From IMG/VR virus record IMGVR_UViG_3300020048_000026, positions 32,001 through 96,000 of that record: a DNA stretch of 64,000 nt. One strand, written 5' to 3'. Of this stretch, positions 10,801 to 20,966 are shown in pieces (position 1 is the stretch's first letter; the number at the start of each line of letters is the position of its first letter). The translations under genes and the position numbers were made by a program. The stretch comes from a virus. The notes below the pieces were generated by a model. That model made no database searches and was not told where the DNA came from. It saw nothing but the letters and a program-made list of their open reading frames with translations.

Positions 10801-11161
10801 TATTGGTGGTGATTTATTTGTAAATAGAAAAATTACAGGATATGGTCCAAATGTAAGATTTCAATTAGATCCAACTGTTATAAACTCGGGCACAAGTACA
10901 GCATATTTCTTTGATACTGAAAATATATTAACTGCAACTGGCTCTACACTATTATCAATAAGAAATAGTGGTCAAACTAAATTTGATGTTGATTATGATG
11001 GAAATACTCAAATTCCTTTAGGAAAAGCAACATATCATAGACAAGTTATGGGTATTGATACTGTTGGTGATTGGAGACAATGGGCAAGTATAACTAATTT
11101 TTATACTGATATTTGTACAAGTATAAATCCAACTGTTTGGACTAATAAACAAACATTATGA
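7886..11161 (+). CDS. Tail-fibre-like protein 2 with Gly-X-X repeats and YadA-like N(I/T)A(I/V)G repeats
   Basis: 1091 aa; GTSGSSG tract; about 14-residue repeats NIAIG/NTAVG/NTSLG/NVGLG typical of trimeric beta-roll adhesin heads. Confidence 0.7.
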   Translation: MAIIRIRDLETEENLIGENYIPIDRDDYYSNAKKLSLSNFNNYITGITYSFSSGLTSGTDGTSGSSGSSGINGTSGSSGSSGQDGTNFGTSGSSGSSGIGVNGTSGSSGSSGIDGTNFGTSGSSGSSGIGISGTDGSSGSSGSSGQDGTNFGTSGSSGSSGTSGGGSGTAGSSGTDGSSGTDGTNGTSGSSGTNGTNGTSGSSGTDGINGTSGSSGQDGTSGSSGTNGSSGSSGSDGTSGSSGTNGTNGTSGSSGILPPLGTSGELVYTDPLATYGYNVNLGLIFSGNTLSLSGIGFKYANGSEGVEKILTSDVFGNAEWISVVTGITDVIDRTFDLKISNQVLSVVPYATKKSSDPGFAYFYLTGNTSGQTPTFYNPLTLDGYLNSTGQNIYTIENTSVLGPELNVNPDGWTVTGDAVSVGSGKYTFNTSGVAGSISYNFGTFSLSDVYIFIFYFSNAVGGGFPGITFAGATKTYMGGSYSGSQFNHYEINPLNVSGVCTLTVDAGAYSNYYINQITVKKVLAPSNKYITHYTTGTTSNEFRSSYSNENISVGLDSGKYLVPTNTNIPTGTGNLSFGKQSIYKATVATDNLAFGNYSQWDLREGEDNISIGNYSLYSNKLGIRNIAIGSRALFTTTSNYNIAIGYRVMSLATSASSNVGIGVGVMQSLTTGTYNTAVGANSSLAVTSASYNTSLGTGSLQNNSTGSHNTGVGSYSFTSVSSGTLNVGLGYYAGYGISTGSYNVHLGPYAGGGSTDYSKEVSQYAYNSADNNNVFIGNLASKSTYTAAATSNSVAIGIDAKIYQDNQVTLGGNNVSSTFLKGSVELRDFTILANETLSDINPIDNSKWTTTGDMSVLPGSGLTYTYNTGSGIFSQTFGNQLNPLKGNRWYKVILTTAGTLAIPGPYYSTFTISITGNTFAPTTLNFYPYTNTSQFLYLKTVTNPTDITFNITCALGTGNGIVRISNISIKECIGGDLFVNRKITGYGPNVRFQLDPTVINSGTSTAYFFDTENILTATGSTLLSIRNSGQTKFDVDYDGNTQIPLGKATYHRQVMGIDTVGDWRQWASITNFYTDICTSINPTVWTNKQTL

Positions 11162-11506
11162 GTTTGGTAAAACAAAATCATTACTTATTCCACCAGCGTT
11201 TCCTCTTGCCGCAGGTGAATAATCTGTACCTACTGGTTGTTCTTGAGTCCAAGATGGTTTATAAGGTTCTTTCATATCATCAGTTTTATTAATAACCATA
11301 CCTTTATCAAAAGGTATAGGTCTTTGATGAGGAAAAGGATTATTTTGAGTATTGAAAGAAAACTGATAATGAATACCGTCTTCTGTGATGATTTTAACAG
11401 GTACAATTTCTCTTTTATCTGTTTTTGGTATTTTATAGAGAATTAATACTATGTCTCCAAGATTAAAGCCACCTAGTTGTTCGTATAATTTAAAGTTTGT
11501 TATCAT
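11156..11506 (-). CDS. Hypothetical protein (MITNFKLYE family)
   Basis: ORF with shared N-terminal motif. Confidence 0.65.
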   Translation of the reverse strand: MITNFKLYEQLGGFNLGDIVLILYKIPKTDKREIVPVKIITEDGIHYQFSFNTQNNPFPHQRPIPFDKGMVINKTDDMKEPYKPSWTQEQPVGTDYSPAARGNAGGISNDFVLPNS

Positions 11507-11952
11507 TATAAGTTATATTTTTTTACATTTTTATAGAATTCAATTTCTTCTGGTGTTAATATTATTTCTCCTATATATATTGATTTTTTTGTTGGTTTTC
11601 CTTTAGCCGAGAAATGAGATTTTATATTATCATCATTATAACTTGTATCTTCAATTTCTTCACTTATAGTATTTATATATTTTTTACTTGTTGGGTACCC
11701 CACACGATGTTTATCAACTTCATAAAAATCCCAAATATCATCGTAGAATCGCAAGAAAAATCCTTTATATTGATTAAAATAATCATCTTCTTCATTTTTA
11801 AAATATTCAATTATATCATTTTTTATTGATTCACTAACATTAATTTTTTTTATCGTTAAAAAAAATAATTCTTTTGTATTTTTATTTACAAATGGAATAT
11901 AACAATGAAAAATCTTTTCTTTATTTTCAAATATTTTAAAATTTGTTATCAT
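11506..11952 (-). CDS. Hypothetical protein (MITNFKIFE...KKYNL family)
   Basis: Shared terminal motifs. Confidence 0.7.
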   Translation of the reverse strand: MITNFKIFENKEKIFHCYIPFVNKNTKELFFLTIKKINVSESIKNDIIEYFKNEEDDYFNQYKGFFLRFYDDIWDFYEVDKHRVGYPTSKKYINTISEEIEDTSYNDDNIKSHFSAKGKPTKKSIYIGEIILTPEEIEFYKNVKKYNL

Positions 11953-12266
11953 AAATTATATTTTTGTGCTGAATTTTTTAATTCCCATTCTTCTAAAGTT
12001 ATAAAATCCTTTTTTAAAAAAAATTTTTTTCTTTTTATTTTTCCTTTTTCATTATAACTATCTCTAACATACTTATCGTCTTTATCTTTAACTCTAATTA
12101 AAGCATTATCAATACTTACAATTTCATAACTATAATCTTTAACTAATATACCTCTTGATGAATAATAATCTAATGGTGCCATTCTTCTTATTCCATTTAC
12201 TGCAACAATAATATCACCTACTTTCCAATCAGAATGTGATTCAAATAACTTAAAATTTGTTATCAT
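11949..12266 (-). CDS. Hypothetical protein (MITNFKLFE...QKYNL family)
   Basis: Shared terminal motifs. Confidence 0.7.
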   Translation of the reverse strand: MITNFKLFESHSDWKVGDIIVAVNGIRRMAPLDYYSSRGILVKDYSYEIVSIDNALIRVKDKDDKYVRDSYNEKGKIKRKKFFLKKDFITLEEWELKNSAQKYNL

Positions 12267-12748
12267 AAATTATATTTTTTGTCAGCATCTATAATATGTT
12301 CAAATTCTTCTTTTCCAAACACATCCATGTATGGTGCTCTCTTTTCTTTTATATAAAAATTATATAGTTCCATAAAGAGTTTTTGATTATTATTAGCAAC
12401 TTCATCTATACTTTTAATATCTGTTATATTTAACATATTTACTCTATATTTAGAATAAAAATCTTTAAAGATGATAGATTTTCCTGGTTGTGAGTAAGAT
12501 ATAGAAGTATCATTTGTATCTAATTCTATTTTTGATGGTATAAAAATCTTTTTTTCATCAACAAAAACAACAAATTCTTTAACAAAATCATTATATTGAT
12601 GAATATCATGTTTAATATTAAATAATATTTCATCTATTTCATTTAAATCTGACTTCCATTTTTTGAGAATATCCATGTCAATATTAGCATATTCATCATA
12701 TTCTTTATAATGTACATCAGCCATTTCATTAAATTTTTGTATTTTCAT
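12263..12748 (-). CDS. Hypothetical protein (MKIQKFNE...KKYNL family)
   Basis: Shared terminal motifs. Confidence 0.7.
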   Translation of the reverse strand: MKIQKFNEMADVHYKEYDEYANIDMDILKKWKSDLNEIDEILFNIKHDIHQYNDFVKEFVVFVDEKKIFIPSKIELDTNDTSISYSQPGKSIIFKDFYSKYRVNMLNITDIKSIDEVANNNQKLFMELYNFYIKEKRAPYMDVFGKEEFEHIIDADKKYNL

Positions 12749-13090
12749 TTAGAAATCTGTTTTTAATTCTTCTTCGGTTTTAATTTGAATCATATTACTA
12801 TCTGCCCAATCATAAATATCATCCCATACAGAAGAACTTTCAACAATTTTATTCTTTTCTTCTGTTAATCTATCAATTAATTCCTTTAATTTTGTCCAAG
12901 CATTTTCAGAGGTTTTCTTTAAAATTAAATCTTTTTGATTATTTAAAAAATTGATATATTGTTCGTTAAATGTTGATAATTCATTACTATTTTCGTATAT
13001 TGAATCTTTCCATATTTTAGATATATCTAAGACTAATTTCCAGTCTTCTTCATTTTTACTCTGTTCAAATAATTTAAAGCTTGTTATCAT
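12749..13090 (-). CDS. Hypothetical protein (MITSFKLFE family)
   Basis: Shared N-terminal motif; TATATATA box upstream at about 13097. Confidence 0.7.
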   Translation of the reverse strand: MITSFKLFEQSKNEEDWKLVLDISKIWKDSIYENSNELSTFNEQYINFLNNQKDLILKKTSENAWTKLKELIDRLTEEKNKIVESSSVWDDIYDWADSNMIQIKTEEELKTDF

Positions 13091-13177
13091 AAATCATATA
13101 TATAAAAATTATAAATATAAATTTTACTTAAACAATTACTTTATTTTGTTATATATTTTAAAAAATAATAGTGAATT

Positions 13178-13810
13178 ATGCTAAATCCAAAAGTTAGTGT
13201 TATTATGGCTTCATATTTATTACCATATCCAGGAAGCCGTTCTAATCCAGATAAAAAGTTTATTCGTGCTGTTAATAGCTTCAAAAAACAAATTTATCAA
13301 AATAAAGAATTAGTTATTGTTTCTGATGGTTGTCCATTAACAGTTGATTTATACAATAAATATTTTTCTAATGATTCAAATATCAAATTATTACAAATAC
13401 CAAAACAACAACTTTATTCAGGTGAAATGAGAAATGCCGCACTCAATTTAGTTGATGGTGATATAATTTCTTATTTAGATACCGATGATGTATTAGGACC
13501 AAAACATTTACAAACAATAGTGGATCAATTTGATATGGAAAATTATGATTTTGTTTTTTACAATGATTATATGGTTCTTGATCCAACTTTCAAAAAATTA
13601 CAATTAAGAATAGTTGAGCCTCGTTGGGCTAGTATAGGTACTAGTTCTGTTAGTCATAAAAATCTTAGAAATGTAAGTTGGTCTAAATCTGGTGGTTATG
13701 GACATGATTTTTTATTTGTTTTTAACATGGCAAGTCAAGGTTTAAGATATAAAAAATTAGAAAAAGTTCCTGAATATTTAGTTTGTCACTATTATAATGG
13801 TGATTTTTAA
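13178..13810 (+). CDS. Glycosyltransferase family 2
   Basis: KVSVIMASY, ELVIVSDG, RNAAL, ISYLDTDD (DxD) motifs. Confidence 0.85.
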   Translation: MLNPKVSVIMASYLLPYPGSRSNPDKKFIRAVNSFKKQIYQNKELVIVSDGCPLTVDLYNKYFSNDSNIKLLQIPKQQLYSGEMRNAALNLVDGDIISYLDTDDVLGPKHLQTIVDQFDMENYDFVFYNDYMVLDPTFKKLQLRIVEPRWASIGTSSVSHKNLRNVSWSKSGGYGHDFLFVFNMASQGLRYKKLEKVPEYLVCHYYNGDF

Positions 13811-13823
13811 AAAATTATAAAAT

Positions 13824-14597
13824 ATGAAAAATAAATTTTATGTACATGGTACAGATGAATTAGTAGATTTGGAAGTTGATTCTTCAATTTTAATAAATAA
13901 TTGGGGAAGAAGATTTGAAGTTTTATATCCAGAATCTGTTGCGTATTACGAAATCTATAAAAGAGAAGATTATTTCAAAGGTGATTGTATTATTTTACCA
14001 GGTGATATTGTAGTTGATTGTGGTGGTAATGTAGGAATTTTTACATCAATGGCACTTGATATGGGAGCAGCAAGAGTATTATCCTTTGAACCTTTTGTTA
14101 ATAACTTTGAAATAAATAAAAAAAATAATCCTAACGCAGAAGTTTTCTGTAACGCAGTTTCAAATAAAACAGGTGACAAAACTGAGTTATTATATACATC
14201 ATCAGGGAATGGTGGTCATACTATAATTGAATCTGAAATTGATAGACAAGTTGGTCTTTATGAACATAAAAACCTATTCGTAACTACAGTAACTTTAGAT
14301 GATATAATTTCTCAAAATTATCTTGATCATATTGATTTTTTAAAAATTGATACAGAAGGCGCAGAACTAAAAATTCTTGAAGGATTATCTGATACAAATT
14401 TAAATAAAATTAGATGTATAGCATTAGAATACCACCATAATGTTTTTAATTATGATGATGATATTTTTATTAATTTCCAACAAAGATTCCTTAATAATGG
14501 ATTTAATGTATTTACCTGGATATTAGATAATTATACAAGAATGGTTTATATTAGTAGAGGTGATGTATTCGTCATAAATCCAAAACATCCAGTATGA
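13824..14597 (+). CDS. FkbM-family methyltransferase
   Basis: VVDCGGNVGIF, SFEP, IDFLKIDTEGAE motifs. Confidence 0.9.
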   Translation: MKNKFYVHGTDELVDLEVDSSILINNWGRRFEVLYPESVAYYEIYKREDYFKGDCIILPGDIVVDCGGNVGIFTSMALDMGAARVLSFEPFVNNFEINKKNNPNAEVFCNAVSNKTGDKTELLYTSSGNGGHTIIESEIDRQVGLYEHKNLFVTTVTLDDIISQNYLDHIDFLKIDTEGAELKILEGLSDTNLNKIRCIALEYHHNVFNYDDDIFINFQQRFLNNGFNVFTWILDNYTRMVYISRGDVFVINPKHPV

Positions 14598-14965
14598 CAG
14601 ATTTTACAATTAAAAAAGAAGAACATATAAAATTCATAATAGACAATTTTGATTTTGTCGCAGTTAAAAAATATATGGATTGTGTAAATTGGAAATGGGT
14701 AGGAATATCACCTGATATAAATGCTTTAATTGAAAATGCCACACAATTGTTAAACGATGTGTATAATAGAGATGTTATATCTATATCAACAGGAGGATTT
14801 AAAGCTACAAAATATGATGATCATTTAGAATTAGAATTTATACTTTCTAGTTGGAGAAGTGAAATTTTAAATTATGGACCTGAATATGAAAAACTTAAGA
14901 AAATAAAACTTAGAAAAAGAAAACTTAGAACAATAACTCAAAACTTACAAAATGAAAACTATTGA
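14594..14965 (+). CDS. Hypothetical protein with RKRKL tail
   Basis: 123-aa ORF. Confidence 0.65.
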   Translation: MTDFTIKKEEHIKFIIDNFDFVAVKKYMDCVNWKWVGISPDINALIENATQLLNDVYNRDVISISTGGFKATKYDDHLELEFILSSWRSEILNYGPEYEKLKKIKLRKRKLRTITQNLQNENY

Positions 14966-15188
14966 AATTTACGAAAAAACAAAGACAAAAAAATTACAAC
15001 TTCTATTAAATCAATATGAAACTTATGTTGAAAATGGTAATCTTATTTTAGAAAAATTTGAAGAAAATAATGTTAAGGATGAAGGTTACGTAGCATTAAA
15101 GAATAAAGTTAATGATTATGAAATAGATGTTCATTTAATCCGCATGATACTTACAAAAAGATTATGGTTTGAGGACCAAAAAGAGTAA
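14952..15188 (+). CDS. Hypothetical protein
   Basis: 78-aa ORF. Confidence 0.55.
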   Translation: MKTIEIYEKTKTKKLQLLLNQYETYVENGNLILEKFEENNVKDEGYVALKNKVNDYEIDVHLIRMILTKRLWFEDQKE

Positions 15189-15246
15189 TATAAAATATTA
15201 CTCTTTTTGAGGACCAAAAAGAGTAATATAAAATATTACTCTTTTT
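15171..15246 (+). terminator. Tandemly duplicated 38-bp terminator-like hairpin
   Basis: gaggaccaaaaagagtaatataaaatattactcttttt occurs twice back to back; each copy has a 14-bp inverted repeat ending in a T-run. Confidence 0.8.
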
Positions 15247-15299
15247 ATTTTTATGGAGTTCTAAATTTTATATATAATATAAAATATTAGAATTTTTAT

Positions 15300-17984
15300 A
15301 TGGCAACACCTCTTTATAAACCAATGAAATCAAAGGGAACATCTTTCTATTGTTTCCCTAGTGCCGCAAGCGATTTAAATTTAGCAAATTATAATGATTA
15401 TTATGATCTTAATTTTACTAAATTTATGTTATTAAATATTCCTCGTCTTGAAAACGGTAGTCCAAATCCTACAGATGGTATTTTTGATTTTATTCCAAAA
15501 AGTAGAATAGGTGAAAATCCTTTCTATTCAGATGATCCAAATTATACAACACCAACAAAATTATCAGATCAGATAGTTGAGTCTTTAAGAAATTATGTTG
15601 CTAATTATGATACATCTATACACGAAAGTAGAATAAATACAAATACAGATTTTTATAATATAGCAGAAAAATATACACCAACTGAGCACATTTTCTGGAA
15701 ATGGTGTAGAAAAATGAATATTATTGATTTTGAACCAGCAGTTCATAAAGTTGATTGGGATAAAAATCTTTCAGATTTTGATAATCCAAATGCATCAACA
15801 ATAACTAATGTAGATTATTTTAGAAAATATTTATGGAAAGAAAGAGAAGTTATTGATTATCAAACAATACATGTTGAAGAAAGTAATGATTATAATGGTA
15901 GTACTGGTACATATTCTACACCTAAATTTACATTAAATGAAATTACAAAATTTAAGGTAGGTGATAAAGTTATATTAAAAAGTGATGAATTATTAGATCA
16001 ATCAAGTTTAACCGCATTAACATTTGGTCAGGCTTATACAATTGGTCAAATAGAATTTAGTGGAAATACTACCACATATATTTGGTTGGATGTTGATTAT
16101 ACTGCTGGTCCGCCAGTTGATTTAACTTCAACTTATGTTTATTTGAAATATAATAGGTTAGTGCAGTATATTGGTGAAATTAATCAAATTACAAATATAC
16201 AAACTGCGTCAAGAGTTGGTCAAGAGGTTACGGCTTATATTCCACATCAAGCAGGTAGAACACCAACAGTTCTTTTTGGTACAAGAGATAACACAAATTA
16301 TTATCCAGATTTATCAATACCTATTTTAGCAAGTGAAATTCAAACGGAGATTGTTGGTGCAGAAAGTTTAAATTCACCAATAAGAACTGATCCACAGAAT
16401 TATCCAGGCTCATATTTCGGACAATTTGATACAGAAGATAATACTTACTTGTGTTCTAATGGAGATAGTGTTAGATATCAGGGAGATTATTATGGTGTTC
16501 AATTAACAGATAATACTGGATTAAATGCTGAAAATTATATAGAAAAATTAACTGAATTTAATTCAGATGCTATTGATGGACTTTTTATAGATGTTGATAG
16601 ATATCATTATTATAAAATGAATATTCCATCAATGGAAACAAGAAATTTTGATGAATTTAGTTCTATTTCTATACAAGGTCAAGCACCTGAAGATTTTGAT
16701 TTTAATGCTATTTTATGGTACTATGAATTAATAGAAAGAGATCAAAATAATAATATAAATTCCTATGTAAATTTATATGGAATTGAATTTCTAAACAATC
16801 CTGATAATGATGATGATAATTATGCCGAATTAATTACCCCATATCAGAAATTAGTAACAAATGGTGTTCATGATGGCTTATCTTATATGTTTAATTTAAA
16901 TCTTAATTATAATATTGATAATGATGTTTTACCATTAACTTATGATCCAAGTACAATTTATAATATGTTTGGATTTGATATGTATAATGAAATGATGAAA
17001 AGATTATATCAAGTTAATGAAAATTTTGTTAATATAATAGAGGAATTTGTAAGAATAAATATGGACCTTCAAGATATGAAGAGTTTAATCTATTCACAAA
17101 CTGATATAGATGATTTAAAGTCTAGAATGAAGAATATGGAAGAACTTTTGAGATTATATGCATCTAATCAATTTGTTGATTCAGATACTGCTAAAATATC
17201 AGTAGATAATTCTGGAATTTATCCTAAATTGAAATTTAATGTTGTTGGTGTTGAATATGATGAAATTAAAAATATAAGTACAACAGTTGCTTATAATTAT
17301 AATTTCACTAATACTGGTGCTTCTTATCCTGTTACTCTATCATTTACTAATAAGATGTTATTAAACATTGTAAATGATAACGTTTCAACCGATAGTGGAA
17401 ATGTTATTGTAATGTTAGATAGAGATCTTAGGAATAAACAAAGATTAGATATTATTATTAAGCCTGAATATGCACAATATGTACAGAAATTATACTTAAA
17501 TATGTTATTTAATTATAATAATACTAAATCAGAAATCAACATTTTTAATGTTGATTTACCAAAGGATATTGAGTCGTATAATGTTTTATTACCTGATTCA
17601 TCTGTATTTGCAGATAGTTATTATTTGAATGAAAATATTTATGTTAATTGTACTGATATAAATACTGGTGGAACATGGTGTTCAACAGGATTTACAGAAT
17701 TAGTTTTAACAGAAGATATATTTAAAACTGGTGATACTATTTATGTACAAAATTTATATCTACTTGATCCATCAGGAAATACATTGGATTATAGTGGTGC
17801 TTATAAAATCTTACAAAGAGTTGGTATTGATTTGACAATAGATTTACAAGCATATGGTTATAAACTATTAGGGCAGCCTAGGGTTAGTTATTATAGAGGT
17901 ATTCAAGTCTCTATACTCCGAGTGAATGGAGATGATAATACTACTTTTAATCAAAGATATGATGTATCTTACAAAATAATTTAA
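15300..17984 (+). CDS. Large virion structural protein (baseplate/tail region)
   Basis: 894 aa, Asn/Thr/Tyr-rich; upstream of baseplate genes; TATATA box upstream. Confidence 0.5.
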   Translation: MATPLYKPMKSKGTSFYCFPSAASDLNLANYNDYYDLNFTKFMLLNIPRLENGSPNPTDGIFDFIPKSRIGENPFYSDDPNYTTPTKLSDQIVESLRNYVANYDTSIHESRINTNTDFYNIAEKYTPTEHIFWKWCRKMNIIDFEPAVHKVDWDKNLSDFDNPNASTITNVDYFRKYLWKEREVIDYQTIHVEESNDYNGSTGTYSTPKFTLNEITKFKVGDKVILKSDELLDQSSLTALTFGQAYTIGQIEFSGNTTTYIWLDVDYTAGPPVDLTSTYVYLKYNRLVQYIGEINQITNIQTASRVGQEVTAYIPHQAGRTPTVLFGTRDNTNYYPDLSIPILASEIQTEIVGAESLNSPIRTDPQNYPGSYFGQFDTEDNTYLCSNGDSVRYQGDYYGVQLTDNTGLNAENYIEKLTEFNSDAIDGLFIDVDRYHYYKMNIPSMETRNFDEFSSISIQGQAPEDFDFNAILWYYELIERDQNNNINSYVNLYGIEFLNNPDNDDDNYAELITPYQKLVTNGVHDGLSYMFNLNLNYNIDNDVLPLTYDPSTIYNMFGFDMYNEMMKRLYQVNENFVNIIEEFVRINMDLQDMKSLIYSQTDIDDLKSRMKNMEELLRLYASNQFVDSDTAKISVDNSGIYPKLKFNVVGVEYDEIKNISTTVAYNYNFTNTGASYPVTLSFTNKMLLNIVNDNVSTDSGNVIVMLDRDLRNKQRLDIIIKPEYAQYVQKLYLNMLFNYNNTKSEINIFNVDLPKDIESYNVLLPDSSVFADSYYLNENIYVNCTDINTGGTWCSTGFTELVLTEDIFKTGDTIYVQNLYLLDPSGNTLDYSGAYKILQRVGIDLTIDLQAYGYKLLGQPRVSYYRGIQVSILRVNGDDNTTFNQRYDVSYKII

Positions 17985-17987
17985 TGA

Positions 17988-18638
17988 ATGGATATTTTAG
18001 TTGGAGACTTAGTAAATAAAATAAAAAAAGTTTTTGATTCTACAAAGGTACTTTCTGTTGAAAGTGTTTATGAAAAAACAGAATCAAGTGATTTGAAGTT
18101 GGTTATTTCAATGAACAAAATTTTATATGATGATGTTAATGTTATTTATACAAAATTGATATTTGTTACAGATGCAAGTAAAGCTAAGATTATAAAGAAC
18201 AATTTTACTTATTTATTTGATATTAATTGTGAATATGTTAGAGTTGATTTTTCTAGTATAGAAGATTTCTCAACTAAAATTTCAAATATTTTCAAAGAAA
18301 ATAAATTTGGTGAAAATATTAAAACTTTATCAAAATTTGTCAAATCTCCTTCAACATTAATAAATGAATGGTTTCAAGAAAACGATATTACTGATATTTC
18401 AGTTACAAATGTAAAAGAAGATAAAATATCAATTATGCCTTGTAAATCATTATATTTTAAGTTTATTATTGATTTAAATAATAACCAAAATATAGAATTA
18501 ACAATTTCAAAAGAAAAAGAAACCGAATATGTATATCAATTCAAATTTTTAGATAATATATATGAAGATAAACAATCAAATTTAAATACACTTGTTGAAA
18601 CAATAGGTGATAATCTTAAAAATAAAATTAAAATGTAA
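17988..18638 (+). CDS. Hypothetical protein
   Basis: 216-aa ORF in structural operon. Confidence 0.65.
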   Translation: MDILVGDLVNKIKKVFDSTKVLSVESVYEKTESSDLKLVISMNKILYDDVNVIYTKLIFVTDASKAKIIKNNFTYLFDINCEYVRVDFSSIEDFSTKISNIFKENKFGENIKTLSKFVKSPSTLINEWFQENDITDISVTNVKEDKISIMPCKSLYFKFIIDLNNNQNIELTISKEKETEYVYQFKFLDNIYEDKQSNLNTLVETIGDNLKNKIKM

Positions 18639-18640
18639 AG

Positions 18641-20635
18641 ATGGCAAATAGTACAAAACTTAACAGAGTTTTTAATTTCATAGAATTAAATTATAAAAAT
18701 TTAACAAATCAAATAACGAATTGGTTAAGTTCCGCATATGACAAATCAGGTATTCTTTTTAATTCAGCGTCACCTTATGGACAAATTTTAGAAGTTGTAA
18801 AGGAACTTTTTCTTCAGAATATTTTATATTTGAAAAATTTCGTTAAACAAATTGATATTGATCAATCTAACTCTAAAAGAATGATAAGCAATATTGCTAG
18901 AATATCAGGACATAATCCTTCAAGAGCAATATCAGCAAAAGGTACACTTAAATTTAAACTTAAACAAGGTATTAATATTGATCAAACAGTTGCTGGTGGT
19001 CAAGTTACTATTTACGATGATACAATTGTAAAAAATAAAACTAATGGATTATACTATGCTTTGAAAGTTGGTACAGATAAAAATATTTATCCTTTAACTC
19101 CTGGTTGCCAATTTTTTGTGAATATTGTTCAGGGAAAATATGAGAAACAAAATTTTACCGGAGATGGCACTATGATGCAGTCATTGCAAGTTACTGTTAG
19201 TAACAATTCTACTATTGATAATTTTGATTATCAAGTTTTGTTAAATGGTATAAATTTGCAAATTAGAGATCATTTATATGATATGCTTGAAAATGAATAT
19301 GCTTGTTATACAAGAACTGGATTCAATGGCGGCTTAGATATATATTTTGGAAATGGTGTTAATGGTATTATTCCTCCAATTGGTTCTCTAATAGAAGTGA
19401 AATATTTATTAAATAATGGATTACAAGGAAATATTTTAAATAATAAAGTTAATGATTTTACTTTTGTAGATGATATGTATGATGAAAATGGTACAGCAAT
19501 TCAGGCAAGCCAATTATTTGATGCTTTTGTTGAAACAAATATACAATTTGCTAGTGATGGTGAAAGTATTGAATATACAAAATCAGTAATACCTTATGTT
19601 TCTAGAAATTTTGTTCTTGCTACACCAGCACAATTTATCTATCATCTTAAAAAATTGAATATGTTTTCAAAAGTTAACGCTTTTAATACTCTTGATATGA
19701 TAAAAATTGATATTGATAGTGATGGAAATTTGGATAATATAAACATCAATGAAATGTATCTTTATTTAATTCCAAGAATAACTGACTATTTCTCATCTGA
19801 TATTAATTATTTTAACGTTCCTTTTGATAGTTTCTTTTTAGATCAAGTAGAGAAAGATAGAATAATTACTTATCTAAAAATGCAAGGTATTGTGAGTATA
19901 ACATCAGTTATAAAAATTATTGATCCACAAATTAAAAGATTTATTGTCAATATTTTTATAAGAAGATATGAAGATGTAACCGAAGAAAATATTAGAGAAC
20001 AAATTACTAATATATTATCATCATATTTTTCAAGTTATAATAGATATGATAGAGTTGTTAAATCAGATTTGATAAGTCAATTAAAAAATATTGATGGCGT
20101 TGATTCGGTGAATCTTGAATTTGTTAGTAAAGATAATGAAGATTATCATAGAGATGGTGCACTTTTATCATCAACACAAAAAAATGTTACACAAACCACA
20201 TATGCTACAACTACAGCATCAGTAAATGTTCCTGCCGATTCTTATAGAACAGCAATGACAGCTATTAAACAATCAAAAACAACAGATTCAAGTGAAAGTT
20301 CATCACAAAAAAGTAAAATTGCACCTATTAGTAATAAATTAGCAGGAATTAAATCTTTGAGTATGACAACTAAAAAAGATTCTGTAGATTCATCATTAAC
20401 ATCTGTAGGTAATACAACAGTTATTTCATATACAGATACAACTCAATATGATTCTAAAAAATTAGTAGGAATTGATCCAGTTTTAGGTGATATAGTTATT
20501 GGAAGAAATGAATTAATTATTTTGAGAGGTGGCTGGAGTAATAGAAATGGTGTATTTTTTCACGAAGATCCAAAAACAAATACAGGATTTAGCACAGTAA
20601 ATATTATTTGGAAAGGTATAACTCCAAGAAAATAA
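18641..20635 (+). CDS. Baseplate wedge subunit, T4 gp6-like
   Basis: IARISGHNPSRAISAKG, IYFGNGVNGIIP, DGESIEYTK motifs of gp6/baseplate-J-like proteins. Confidence 0.75.
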   Translation: MANSTKLNRVFNFIELNYKNLTNQITNWLSSAYDKSGILFNSASPYGQILEVVKELFLQNILYLKNFVKQIDIDQSNSKRMISNIARISGHNPSRAISAKGTLKFKLKQGINIDQTVAGGQVTIYDDTIVKNKTNGLYYALKVGTDKNIYPLTPGCQFFVNIVQGKYEKQNFTGDGTMMQSLQVTVSNNSTIDNFDYQVLLNGINLQIRDHLYDMLENEYACYTRTGFNGGLDIYFGNGVNGIIPPIGSLIEVKYLLNNGLQGNILNNKVNDFTFVDDMYDENGTAIQASQLFDAFVETNIQFASDGESIEYTKSVIPYVSRNFVLATPAQFIYHLKKLNMFSKVNAFNTLDMIKIDIDSDGNLDNININEMYLYLIPRITDYFSSDINYFNVPFDSFFLDQVEKDRIITYLKMQGIVSITSVIKIIDPQIKRFIVNIFIRRYEDVTEENIREQITNILSSYFSSYNRYDRVVKSDLISQLKNIDGVDSVNLEFVSKDNEDYHRDGALLSSTQKNVTQTTYATTTASVNVPADSYRTAMTAIKQSKTTDSSESSSQKSKIAPISNKLAGIKSLSMTTKKDSVDSSLTSVGNTTVISYTDTTQYDSKKLVGIDPVLGDIVIGRNELIILRGGWSNRNGVFFHEDPKTNTGFSTVNIIWKGITPRK

Positions 20636-20920
20636 TTATTCTTGTAAAAATTCTTTAAAAATTTCTTCTTTATTGTTTAGAATAAAAGTATGTATGTAAT
20701 ACGCTAATTTCTTATAATTTTTATATTCATAAATATTTTTAATGTTATAATCTTGTAAGAAATTCTCATCTATTGACATTATATAATCATTTTCTTTATT
20801 GAACCAATATACGAGTTGATAAATCTTTTCTTTTACTTTTAATGATAATATAACAGCAACCCCATCATTGATCTCACCAATATAATCTATGATTGAAATA
20901 AAATTAACTTCTTCTTCCAT
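20636..20920 (-). CDS. Hypothetical protein
   Basis: 94-aa ORF. Confidence 0.6.
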   Translation of the reverse strand: MEEEVNFISIIDYIGEINDGVAVILSLKVKEKIYQLVYWFNKENDYIMSIDENFLQDYNIKNIYEYKNYKKLAYYIHTFILNNKEEIFKEFLQE

Positions 20921-20966
20921 TTAGAAAACATATTTTTTTATATATATAATAAAAATAAGGTTTCAC

